From positions 1-25,370 of the IMG/VR virus record IMGVR_UViG_3300032243_000590: a stretch of 25,370 bases of DNA; one strand, 5' to 3'. Under the pieces are notes generated by a model, which did no database searches, was not told the origin of the DNA, and saw only the letters and a program-made list of their open reading frames with translations. This DNA comes from a virus (lineage: Duplodnaviria; Caudoviricetes). Position 1 is the first letter of the stretch. Each line of letters starts with the position of its first letter. The position numbers and the translations under genes are program-made. This document shows, piece by piece, positions 8,682-16,662 of the stretch.

Positions 8682-9492
8682 AACTTTTTAATTCCTGCAA
8701 TTGTGTATCATAGTCGGGAATTTTAAAATCTATTTCTTTTCTAGTATCAATTAAAATCTTATTAACAGGCTTAGGGCCCTGTGTTTTAATAATAGTTTTT
8801 TCCAATGCAAAAACATGATTAATTTTGCACAGTAAATTGTACTTGTCAATTTTATTATCGTTGCTTACCAAATGATACACACCTGAGATTTTAGGGTTAT
8901 TAATATATAGATTAATACTTTTTGCTAATTGAAGTGTTGTAATACCATTCCACCAAGCATTGTCCCAACCTTGTAATCCTTCATTTGGATTTGTTAATAC
9001 CCAATTTAATAATCCAGTACCGTTAGACTTAATTTCAGTACCAATAATACTCATTCTAAAAGTTATATCTTTAGTATTATTAACTTCTCCATTAGATTTT
9101 GAACTGCCATAGGCATTCATTTCTGTATGGATGTCTTCTTCGAGATACTCACCTTTTTTGCCATCAAACACACAGTCTGTAGACAAGTGGACTAGTCGAG
9201 TATTAGAATCTTTAAGATTATATTCTAAGTAATGTGGGAACCACGAATTAATAATTGCTGCTCTATCAGGCCGTTCAATACTGTCTTTAACTAAAAGACC
9301 TATACAGTTGATAACAAAGTCATAGTCTTTTAACATCACAAAAAATGAATCGTTATGACTGATTTTTTCAATGTTTATATTAATATCAGAATTTGATCTA
9401 GCAGATGTAGTAACCTTATGCCCTTGTTGTTTAAGGTATTTGGTTATGATATGCCCGGCCATGCCATTAGAGCCGATTACTAAAATTTTCAT
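8671..9492 (-). CDS. RmlD-like NDP-4-keto-6-deoxyhexose reductase (SDR)
   Basis: GSNGMAG, INCIG, HLSTDCVFDG, YGSSK and RMSIIG. Confidence 0.88.
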   Translation of the reverse strand: MKILVIGSNGMAGHIITKYLKQQGHKVTTSARSNSDININIEKISHNDSFFVMLKDYDFVINCIGLLVKDSIERPDRAAIINSWFPHYLEYNLKDSNTRLVHLSTDCVFDGKKGEYLEEDIHTEMNAYGSSKSNGEVNNTKDITFRMSIIGTEIKSNGTGLLNWVLTNPNEGLQGWDNAWWNGITTLQLAKSINLYINNPKISGVYHLVSNDNKIDKYNLLCKINHVFALEKTIIKTQGPKPVNKILIDTRKEIDFKIPDYDTQLQELKSFTE

Positions 9493-10469
9493 ATGAACTT
9501 ACCTTTCTTTAACATCTCTTTAATTTCTTTTTTGTTCATTATTTTTGTTTTAGAAGAAAACTCTTCATGCGGAAATGGTTTGCAATCTTGATATCGAACT
9601 GCAAGAGATTGATTGAAATTTGACGGCAATGTTAAGAAATAGTTTGTATCGTAACAATAAGATAATGTTGATTCGTGATGAGAAATTAACATTTCGTCTA
9701 ATTTTTCGCCTGGGCGCATACCTGTTTCTATAACATCAACCTTGCCATACACTTCCATTAATACTTCAGCCAGGTCCTTGATATAGCAAGCTGGCATGTT
9801 CATAACAAATGTCTCTCCACCGATACTGTCAATACTTGCTTTAAATAATAACTGAATAGCTTCTTCTAGTGTTAAAAAGAATCTAGTCATTTTTGTATCA
9901 GTAATAGTGATAGGACCACCGGATTTAATCTGTTCAATAAAGAATGGAATTACTGAACCACTAGATCCCATAACATTCCCACCTCGGATACAAACAAAGC
10001 GTGTATAATCGGTTAGATCATTTGCCTGTACAATGATTTTTTCACCAACGGCTTTTGTCATTCCATATAAGTTAATCGGCTCAACGGCTTTGTCAGATGA
10101 CACATCAATAACTTTTTTCACACGATTAGCAATCGCAGCATTAACAATATTAGTAGTGCCGTTGATATTCGTTTTAATGGTTTCTTGAACATTCTCCTCA
10201 CATACCGGTACATGTTTAAGTGCTGCTAGGTGAAAAATGTAATCAATATTTTTTGTAGCTGCAAGCACAGCATCGTAGTCTCGAATATCACCAATAACAA
10301 ATTTTAACTTTGAACTATTAAATTTTCTCTTCATTAATACTTGTTGTAATTCGCCTCGAGAAAAACAAATAATTTCTTCAACATTGTATTTTTCTAATAA
10401 CATAGTAATTAGTGTTATGCCCCACGATCCAGTAGCCCCACTTACAAATATTCTTGTACCATTAAACAT
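9489..10469 (-). CDS. UDP-GlcNAc 4,6-dehydratase (FnlA/PseB/CapD-like, Polysacc_synt_2)
   Basis: GATGSWG, FSRGE, GDIRD, HLAALKHVP, SSDKAVEPINLYGMTK, GNVMGSSGSVIP, MTRF and RPGEKLDE. Confidence 0.9.
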   Translation of the reverse strand: MFNGTRIFVSGATGSWGITLITMLLEKYNVEEIICFSRGELQQVLMKRKFNSSKLKFVIGDIRDYDAVLAATKNIDYIFHLAALKHVPVCEENVQETIKTNINGTTNIVNAAIANRVKKVIDVSSDKAVEPINLYGMTKAVGEKIIVQANDLTDYTRFVCIRGGNVMGSSGSVIPFFIEQIKSGGPITITDTKMTRFFLTLEEAIQLLFKASIDSIGGETFVMNMPACYIKDLAEVLMEVYGKVDVIETGMRPGEKLDEMLISHHESTLSYCYDTNYFLTLPSNFNQSLAVRYQDCKPFPHEEFSSKTKIMNKKEIKEMLKKGKFI

Positions 10470-11022
10470 TTTGATTCCTCAATAACTCAATAATTTCTTC
10501 ATCTGAATATACTTTTTGTGTAGACATAAATTCTAAAAAACTACCATAAGATATTTGTTTATATCCTTCACTAGGATATATCTTCTTTGCAGGAAGTTTG
10601 ATCAGTGTTAATCCAAAGTTATTATTCATTGGATATATTTCAAATTTTTCTTGGCTTAACATGTAATATAAAATCTTATATGAATCAGAACATTTTGCTG
10701 GAGAAATATATTTTTTACTAGGAGGAATCATATCGTGCATCAAGATCCATTTAGTAGCATGATCAATCGAATTGTTAAAATCTCTCAGTACGTAATCGTA
10801 ATCGTGGTTGGCATCAATAAAAATAATATCAAATTGTGTATCTGTACCAATCGATGCAAAATATTCATCAGTGGTTCCGGTAAACAATGCTATTCCATTC
10901 ATGTCGACTGAATGTTTGTTTTTACATGCTATTTTGTTAAAGTTTGCATTATCAAATACACCTAATTCTAAATAGGTGTAATCTTCAATGCTAGGTAAAT
11001 GATTAATAATTCGGCTGCTCAT
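10462..11022 (-). CDS. class I SAM-dependent methyltransferase (Methyltransf_24-like, probable sugar O-methyltransferase)
   Basis: YLELGV, FDIIFIDANHDY and LMHD motifs. Confidence 0.8.
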   Translation of the reverse strand: MSSRIINHLPSIEDYTYLELGVFDNANFNKIACKNKHSVDMNGIALFTGTTDEYFASIGTDTQFDIIFIDANHDYDYVLRDFNNSIDHATKWILMHDMIPPSKKYISPAKCSDSYKILYYMLSQEKFEIYPMNNNFGLTLIKLPAKKIYPSEGYKQISYGSFLEFMSTQKVYSDEEIIELLRNQNV

Positions 11023-11699
11023 GCTATGTGAATCCTTTTATATTTTCTAGGAGGCCGAACAAATTTTCTAGCCTTAAATGTATGAATTACGGTGTAATTC
11101 CAATTTTTAAATTCTGTCGGAACCGATGGCCCAAAGTCATAATTATAGTTCGGTTCAACTAGTTTTCTTTTTATAATATTGTTTGACACTTTTCCTTCTG
11201 GGTTATAATGTTCCCATGTAGTGTCAACCCACTTGCTTATGAAATACTGTTTAGCTAATGAATAATCCCAAGACGATCCGCTAGGAATATATTCAGCTTC
11301 TTCAGTAACATACATGCCAATATCTGCTTCGTGGAGGCGGAGGTAAAAGTCGTCATCTTCGAACCCGCCTCGCTGGAATCCTTCGTCGAGTACTCCAATT
11401 TGACGCATTAGTTCTTTTTTAAAACCAAAAAAGGCGAATCTATAAAATGCTACAAATCCAATACCTTTTTTAATTAAATCCACCATTTTAAATATTTCTT
11501 CAGGTTTTGGTCTAACCTTGTCTGATAGTATAATAACGATTTCGGTAGGTGCCGCTAATACGCAAGAATTAACTAATTTTGCAAAAGATGGAACACCTGT
11601 ACCATCAAAATATGTTACTGGCTCGGGACAAAGACTCTGTTGAATTTCTGGAAATATATGAGGTTTATTAGATACAACGTATATACTGTAGTCTTTCAT
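11019..11699 (-). CDS. GT2-like glycosyltransferase
   Basis: IGVLDEGFQRGGFEDDDFYLRL is typical of the GT2/GT-A C-terminal half. Confidence 0.72.
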   Translation of the reverse strand: MKDYSIYVVSNKPHIFPEIQQSLCPEPVTYFDGTGVPSFAKLVNSCVLAAPTEIVIILSDKVRPKPEEIFKMVDLIKKGIGFVAFYRFAFFGFKKELMRQIGVLDEGFQRGGFEDDDFYLRLHEADIGMYVTEEAEYIPSGSSWDYSLAKQYFISKWVDTTWEHYNPEGKVSNNIIKRKLVEPNYNYDFGPSVPTEFKNWNYTVIHTFKARKFVRPPRKYKRIHIA

Positions 11700-12376
11700 T
11701 TAAAATCGGTCCAGAAGTGTTTGGCATTAGTCAAACTTCTTTTGCCTTCCTTTTTAGTCAATGCAATACCCATTACATAGTTATGTATCTGGATTATAAC
11801 ATGGTGTTGGTTGATTGCATTATCTGCTTTTAGATATGTGTTTGAATAGACTTCTAATAATTTCTTGGCCGCATGCGGTTTGATTGCATAACCGCAATTA
11901 CCCGGCATAGATGCTTGATAATAATCAGAAGCCTTGGGTTCGCCTTCGGGAGTATCAAGGTAGTGTCGGTATTTGTCTGTCTTGCCAGGGTGCCCCAATG
12001 CCAACACTAGCACATCAGTCCAGTCTACTGGCTGATACGGTCTTGTTAATACAATATCGTCTTCCCAAATGGTAATAGGTTCATTTAACTCCACACATTT
12101 CTGCCATAGACGATAGTGACTGTAAAAACATCCTTGTATGCCTGGACTGTACTGTACGTCGAGATCATGTGGCTCACTTGGTTCAAGGGGGTTTCCTTTT
12201 ATTCCAACAGGATGTATCGTTCTTTTCTCTGTTTTCATCATCACAGCGGCATCACTGCCGTATGTACCTTCAAATAATTCAACATCAGCATCATAGGCTT
12301 CTAATTGAGTTTTTAAATCAATAGCAGTGTTTAAGGAAGCTTCAATTCTTGAAAGACAGATAATAAAATTTTTCAT
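11696..12376 (-). CDS. GT25-family glycosyltransferase
   Basis: FIICLSR, GCFYSHYRLWQKC, IWEDD, GYAIKPHAAKKLL and KAD; ATG 12376 overlaps the upstream stop (ATGA). Confidence 0.85.
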   Translation of the reverse strand: MKNFIICLSRIEASLNTAIDLKTQLEAYDADVELFEGTYGSDAAVMMKTEKRTIHPVGIKGNPLEPSEPHDLDVQYSPGIQGCFYSHYRLWQKCVELNEPITIWEDDIVLTRPYQPVDWTDVLVLALGHPGKTDKYRHYLDTPEGEPKASDYYQASMPGNCGYAIKPHAAKKLLEVYSNTYLKADNAINQHHVIIQIHNYVMGIALTKKEGKRSLTNAKHFWTDFK

Positions 12377-13188
12377 CGCCAATAATTCTCATTTCTATTT
12401 ACAATTAAATCCGATGGCTGGCTACGACCGTAGTCTTTCCTCTTGCCTTTTAGATGATCTAGGTATGCGCCCCATGCACTATTAATTAGCGGATGTCCTT
12501 CACCTTTGATTAGGCCAGCACTCCAATCATACCAGACCCAGTTTGGATTCCGTGCTTTGACTTCTTTGCGTACTTCGTCAAATACCCAACAGTCATTCCA
12601 TTCGCTAAATTCAAATAATCGATCACTATCATATGCCGTTTGAAATTCATATAGAAACTCACGGGTAACTGGATCACGTAAATTCATTGAATATAACCCG
12701 CATTCTGTAAATTTATTTTGTCTGCCCAAGAAACCTAGACCAATATTTGGACCAGCCATAGTTTCTAAAAATCTATGATCGATGGGTGTATGACACACCA
12801 TATCGGCATCCATCCAGAATAATACATCATATTCTACTGTCTGTGCTGCATGACATACTGCGTATATCTTGTGACTAAATCTAATAGCATCCCATCTAAA
12901 ACCAAGGCCTGCTTGTTTCTTTGCACCTGGAATAATTGGAGGAATTGGCTCCAGCCCATTTGCCTTTGGAACATCTTTCCATCGTTCTTTAAATGATACT
13001 AACTGTGGGCAAGAGCCATGCAAATCTCTAACAAGCAGATTGGCACATTGCTCTTCAACCTCACAGTCCTCTGCGTAGACAATTAATGTGACATCATCTG
13101 GCCAGGTATCTAAAAATGTTTGAATCATTTTCTTGGCATATTTTTCGTAACCTTCTTTATGAAAGGTAGTGACTACAGCTATTTTCAT
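12373..13188 (-). CDS. GT-A fold glycosyltransferase (DxD)
   Basis: VVTTF, DAIRFSHK, FWMDADM, ECG, WNDCWVFD and DHLKG. Confidence 0.72.
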   Translation of the reverse strand: MKIAVVTTFHKEGYEKYAKKMIQTFLDTWPDDVTLIVYAEDCEVEEQCANLLVRDLHGSCPQLVSFKERWKDVPKANGLEPIPPIIPGAKKQAGLGFRWDAIRFSHKIYAVCHAAQTVEYDVLFWMDADMVCHTPIDHRFLETMAGPNIGLGFLGRQNKFTECGLYSMNLRDPVTREFLYEFQTAYDSDRLFEFSEWNDCWVFDEVRKEVKARNPNWVWYDWSAGLIKGEGHPLINSAWGAYLDHLKGKRKDYGRSQPSDLIVNRNENYWR

Positions 13189-14156
13189 TTGCTTAACCTT
13201 TGAATGTCTGCTTCAACCATCATTTTAACAAGCCCGTCGAAATCGGTTTTTCTTTTCCAACCCAATACGGTTTCCGCTTTTGTTGGATTGCCGCATAAAC
13301 TATGTAGCTCTGCAGGTCTTACAAATGCTGGATTAGTCTCAATATAATCTTTCCAATTATCAATACCGGCATATTTAAATGCACGTTCTAGCAAATCACC
13401 GATGGTATATTGTACACCTGTGGCAATAACATAATCTCCTGGCTCCGGTTGTTGTAGCATTGCCCACATAGCTTCAACAAAGTCGCCAGCAAATCCCCAA
13501 TCACGTTTTGCATCTAGATTGCCTAATACAATTTTATCTTGTAGTCCCAGTTTGATTTTTGCAACGCCATCTGTGATCTTGCGTGTTACAAATTCTTTAC
13601 CGCGAATAGGACTTTCGTGATTAAACAAGATGCCATTTGAAGCATGTAGACTATAACTTTCACGGAAGTTTACAGTCATCCAATAGGCATACAATTTAGC
13701 AACACCGTACGGACTGCGTGGGTGGAAAGGAGTTAGTTCGTCCTGTTGTCCGCCTCTGCTATTACCAAACATTTCACTAGTACTTGCTTGATAATATTTT
13801 GTATCCGGACTAAGCTGTTTGATAGCATTAAGTATATTCAAGACTCCTACAGCATTAACCTCAGTGGTCATTTTATTTAGATCCCAACTTGCTCCTACAA
13901 AACTTTGTGCGGCAAGATTGTAAAACTCATGTGGTTTTAGACTTTTAACTAAATGATTCATGCATCCATCGTCAGTAATGTCTCCAGTGATAAGCTCGAT
14001 ATCGTTTTCAATTCCTAAAAATTTAATATTGTCCAAATTTGGATTCGAATATCTTTTAACTAGTCCATATACTTGATAGTCTTTTTCTAAAAGTAATTTT
14101 GCTAGATATGGACCATCCTGTCCAGTCATCCCTGTTACAAATGCAATTTTTTTCAT
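13185..14156 (-). CDS. gmd: GDP-mannose 4,6-dehydratase
   Basis: TGMTGQDGPYLA, NLAAQSFV, YQASTSEMFG, PRSPYGVAK, GILFNHESP, FVTRKIT and LGNLDAKRDWG; RBS TAAGGAA supports the start at 14156. Confidence 0.95.
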   Translation of the reverse strand: MKKIAFVTGMTGQDGPYLAKLLLEKDYQVYGLVKRYSNPNLDNIKFLGIENDIELITGDITDDGCMNHLVKSLKPHEFYNLAAQSFVGASWDLNKMTTEVNAVGVLNILNAIKQLSPDTKYYQASTSEMFGNSRGGQQDELTPFHPRSPYGVAKLYAYWMTVNFRESYSLHASNGILFNHESPIRGKEFVTRKITDGVAKIKLGLQDKIVLGNLDAKRDWGFAGDFVEAMWAMLQQPEPGDYVIATGVQYTIGDLLERAFKYAGIDNWKDYIETNPAFVRPAELHSLCGNPTKAETVLGWKRKTDFDGLVKMMVEADIQRLSK

Positions 14157-14164
14157 ACAATTCC

Positions 14165-14566
14165 TTATTGTTTGGCTTTCCACAGTTGCCAGTTTTTTGC
14201 TGCTAGTGCTACTTCATAATGCATATAGTCTAATAACCATCGTGCTATCTTGTTATTAATCACTTCTCCGGTCTTAATCACCAACGCAGGTTTGTGATGT
14301 TGGAAAACTGATTGAAATGCGCTTAAATGAATTAGCCCATCAATAGACGAGAATATAACTCCTACCTCAGGTATAGATTCAATATTTTCTACAACTTCTC
14401 TATAGACAAGATTTTTCATCTTGACTGTAGGTGGAGTTACAGAAAAAACAAACACTGTACCAAACGCTCTGGAGCACGAATCAATCATACCTTCATCAGG
14501 TTCTAGTGCTACAGCACTAGTTGTAACCCTGGAAAATTTCCTTAATTTTTTAGCGAAGTCACTCAT
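14165..14566 (-). CDS. hypothetical protein, first gene of the minus-strand glycan operon
   Basis: 133-aa ORF filling the gap between a TATAAATA motif and gmd; no recognisable motif. Confidence 0.65.
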   Translation of the reverse strand: MSDFAKKLRKFSRVTTSAVALEPDEGMIDSCSRAFGTVFVFSVTPPTVKMKNLVYREVVENIESIPEVGVIFSSIDGLIHLSAFQSVFQHHKPALVIKTGEVINNKIARWLLDYMHYEVALAAKNWQLWKAKQ

Positions 14567-14575
14567 AATTTATAT

Positions 14576-14595
14576 TAAATACTCTGTTATTTATA
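14576..14595. promoter_or_regulatory. divergent T4-late-like promoters
   Basis: Perfect TATAAATA on - at 14588-14595, upstream of 14566; TAAATA on + at 14576-14581, upstream of 14605. Confidence 0.62.
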
Positions 14596-14604
14596 AACCA
14601 TATT

Positions 14605-15441
14605 ATGCGACTAAAAATTTATCGACAGTTCGGAGCCCTTAATAGTCAAGCTGTTTTTGATGCTTTTTCTCACGGTATACAACAACTAGGGCACGAAATC
14701 GTTGAAGACAACGAAGACGTTGCAGTTATCTGGTCAGTACTATGGCAAGGTCGTATGATGCAAAATCAAGCAGTATATCGAGCAGCAAAAGCAGATAACA
14801 AACCAGTAATGATATTAGAAGTTGGCAATTTAGTAAGAGGATCCACGTGGCGTGTATCTATTGATAATATAAATGGTTGTGGAAAATTTGCCAATCAAAC
14901 TGATCTAGATTATTCAAGGCCTTCAAAATTAAAAGTAAACTTAAAGCCAAATTTAGTAAATCGTCGTAGCGAAATATTAATTGCTAGTCAACATAGTTTC
15001 AGTTTACAGTGGGAGGGAATGCCTAGTATGGAACAATGGATCCAACTTACTGTTAACAAAATCAAACAATATTCGAACAGAGAAATTGTGGTAAGACCGC
15101 ACCCAAGATCTCCGATACACACAAATATCCCAGGTGTAAAAACAGAAATACCACAGCGTGTTCCAAACACATATGATGGATTTAATATTGATTATAACTA
15201 TCACTGTGTTATAAATCATAACAGTGGTCCAGCAGTTCAGGCTGCAATAGAAGGCGCCCCAATAATTTGCGATGAGTCCAGTTTAGCCGGTAGTATCAGC
15301 GAAAAATGGGAAAATTTAGAAAATCCTGTTTTACCAGACAGGCAAGAATGGTTCGTACAATTATGTCATACCGAATGGCTTCTTGAAGAATTGGCACAGG
15401 GAATTCCGCAGTCTCGGCTCATCGCAACAATTAATCCTTGA
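14605..15441 (+). CDS. putative GT-B glycosyltransferase, KpsS/KpsC-like, paralog 4
   Basis: ILEVG, ILIASQ, IVVRPHPR, CVINHNSGPAVQAAIEGAPII and PDRQEW. Confidence 0.68.
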   Translation: MRLKIYRQFGALNSQAVFDAFSHGIQQLGHEIVEDNEDVAVIWSVLWQGRMMQNQAVYRAAKADNKPVMILEVGNLVRGSTWRVSIDNINGCGKFANQTDLDYSRPSKLKVNLKPNLVNRRSEILIASQHSFSLQWEGMPSMEQWIQLTVNKIKQYSNREIVVRPHPRSPIHTNIPGVKTEIPQRVPNTYDGFNIDYNYHCVINHNSGPAVQAAIEGAPIICDESSLAGSISEKWENLENPVLPDRQEWFVQLCHTEWLLEELAQGIPQSRLIATINP

Positions 15442-15466
15442 CCTCGGTCTACGGATGTGCTATAAT
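15438..15466 (+). promoter_or_regulatory. sigma70-type (early) promoter
   Basis: TTGACC (15438-15443), 17-nt spacer ending in TGC, TATAAT (15461-15466); ATG follows 5 nt later. Confidence 0.8.
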
Positions 15467-15471
15467 ATATT

Positions 15472-16662
15472 ATGGCCAATTACATATACATTGACGACGT
15501 TTTTCTGGAATTCTACAATCGAATACTTTTGAATATCAGTCAAGTCAACAATCAGGATTTAATGGCCATGGGTAGTTTTTTTAATTTAATCGGAAGCAAT
15601 GAGCCAGTCACCCAGGCACAATCCAAATATATTTTAAAGCTCTTGGAAAAATATAAAACTGCGGTAATTTCACCAGATTTTGACTATAGAGCTCAGTTGG
15701 CCGACCCAAAATGGAAACAGCCTTTTAGAGTGCTAGACGAAACAAAAAGAATTTCTATCGAGGTCGATGATAGTGCAAAGCCGTGGATCTGTCTTAAACA
15801 TCCGTTTGGATTAAAAGAGAAATTTAACCAAGAAGTAATACAAAATGGCCAGCGAGATGCAGGAATTTGGGATCCAGATTTAAAAATTCGCAAATTTCCT
15901 CCGTACACAATAAACTTTGTGTTACTACAAAAATTTATTAATGATCATAACTTCGAAGTTGATGAAAGTTTTTTAGAGTATACTGCAACTGTTGAAGAAA
16001 TATGGCAAGAATCCATGAATTTTTTACCCTATTGTGATGTTGTTGACAACACAGTTATTTTAAAGAATTCAAATGAATCTACTAATGATTATTTTGAAAA
16101 ACACAAAACAGAAAATATCTTCGACAATTTGCTATTAGCAAAAAGTCTAGGATTCAAATTAGAAAATCTTACAAAACCTGAAAATTTAGTAGAAAAAATA
16201 ACAGTAACCACTGCTACAAACTTTTGGTTAAAAGAAGTTGATAAATTTTTTGATTTGTATAAAAATATCAACGGGCATGTGTGTGTAATTGTAGATGATA
16301 GCGTTAGTGTAAAATCCTGGATTGAAAATTTTGTCACTACTGGCCTAAAAAATGGGGTGTCTGCGGATGAAATGCGTGTGTGCTTTAGGTCTCGCAATGA
16401 CGATGATCCTGAATTTAATAATTGGATTAAAAATAATAATTTAGGTGGACCAATTGAAAATGCCCGTCTACTGATATTTAAAAATAAACCGCCTAAGTGG
16501 TTGTTTAAAGATAACATTGATGTTAAAATTATAGTAGTGAACAGACCGTTTCCGCCTAGTAGTCTAATAGCACAGCATTGGTTTTCAAATCATCATTGTG
16601 TGATTTATCTAGACGAGTTACGCCCATCTGTCATAAAGGAAAAGAATATTGTCAACTTGTAA
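15472..16662 (+). CDS. hypothetical protein upstream of uvsW
   Basis: 396-aa ORF with its own promoter, overlapping the helicase start; no motif recognised. Confidence 0.8.
   Translation: MANYIYIDDVFLEFYNRILLNISQVNNQDLMAMGSFFNLIGSNEPVTQAQSKYILKLLEKYKTAVISPDFDYRAQLADPKWKQPFRVLDETKRISIEVDDSAKPWICLKHPFGLKEKFNQEVIQNGQRDAGIWDPDLKIRKFPPYTINFVLLQKFINDHNFEVDESFLEYTATVEEIWQESMNFLPYCDVVDNTVILKNSNESTNDYFEKHKTENIFDNLLLAKSLGFKLENLTKPENLVEKITVTTATNFWLKEVDKFFDLYKNINGHVCVIVDDSVSVKSWIENFVTTGLKNGVSADEMRVCFRSRNDDDPEFNNWIKNNNLGGPIENARLLIFKNKPPKWLFKDNIDVKIIVVNRPFPPSSLIAQHWFSNHHCVIYLDELRPSVIKEKNIVNL

Noticed and set aside
2868-15441. Bacterial capsule/O-antigen locus or giant eukaryotic virus origin
   Set aside because: The island is translationally coupled to uvsY, flanked by T4-like gp32/uvsX/uvsW, uses bacterial-type promoters and RBSs, and has no export or polymerase genes.
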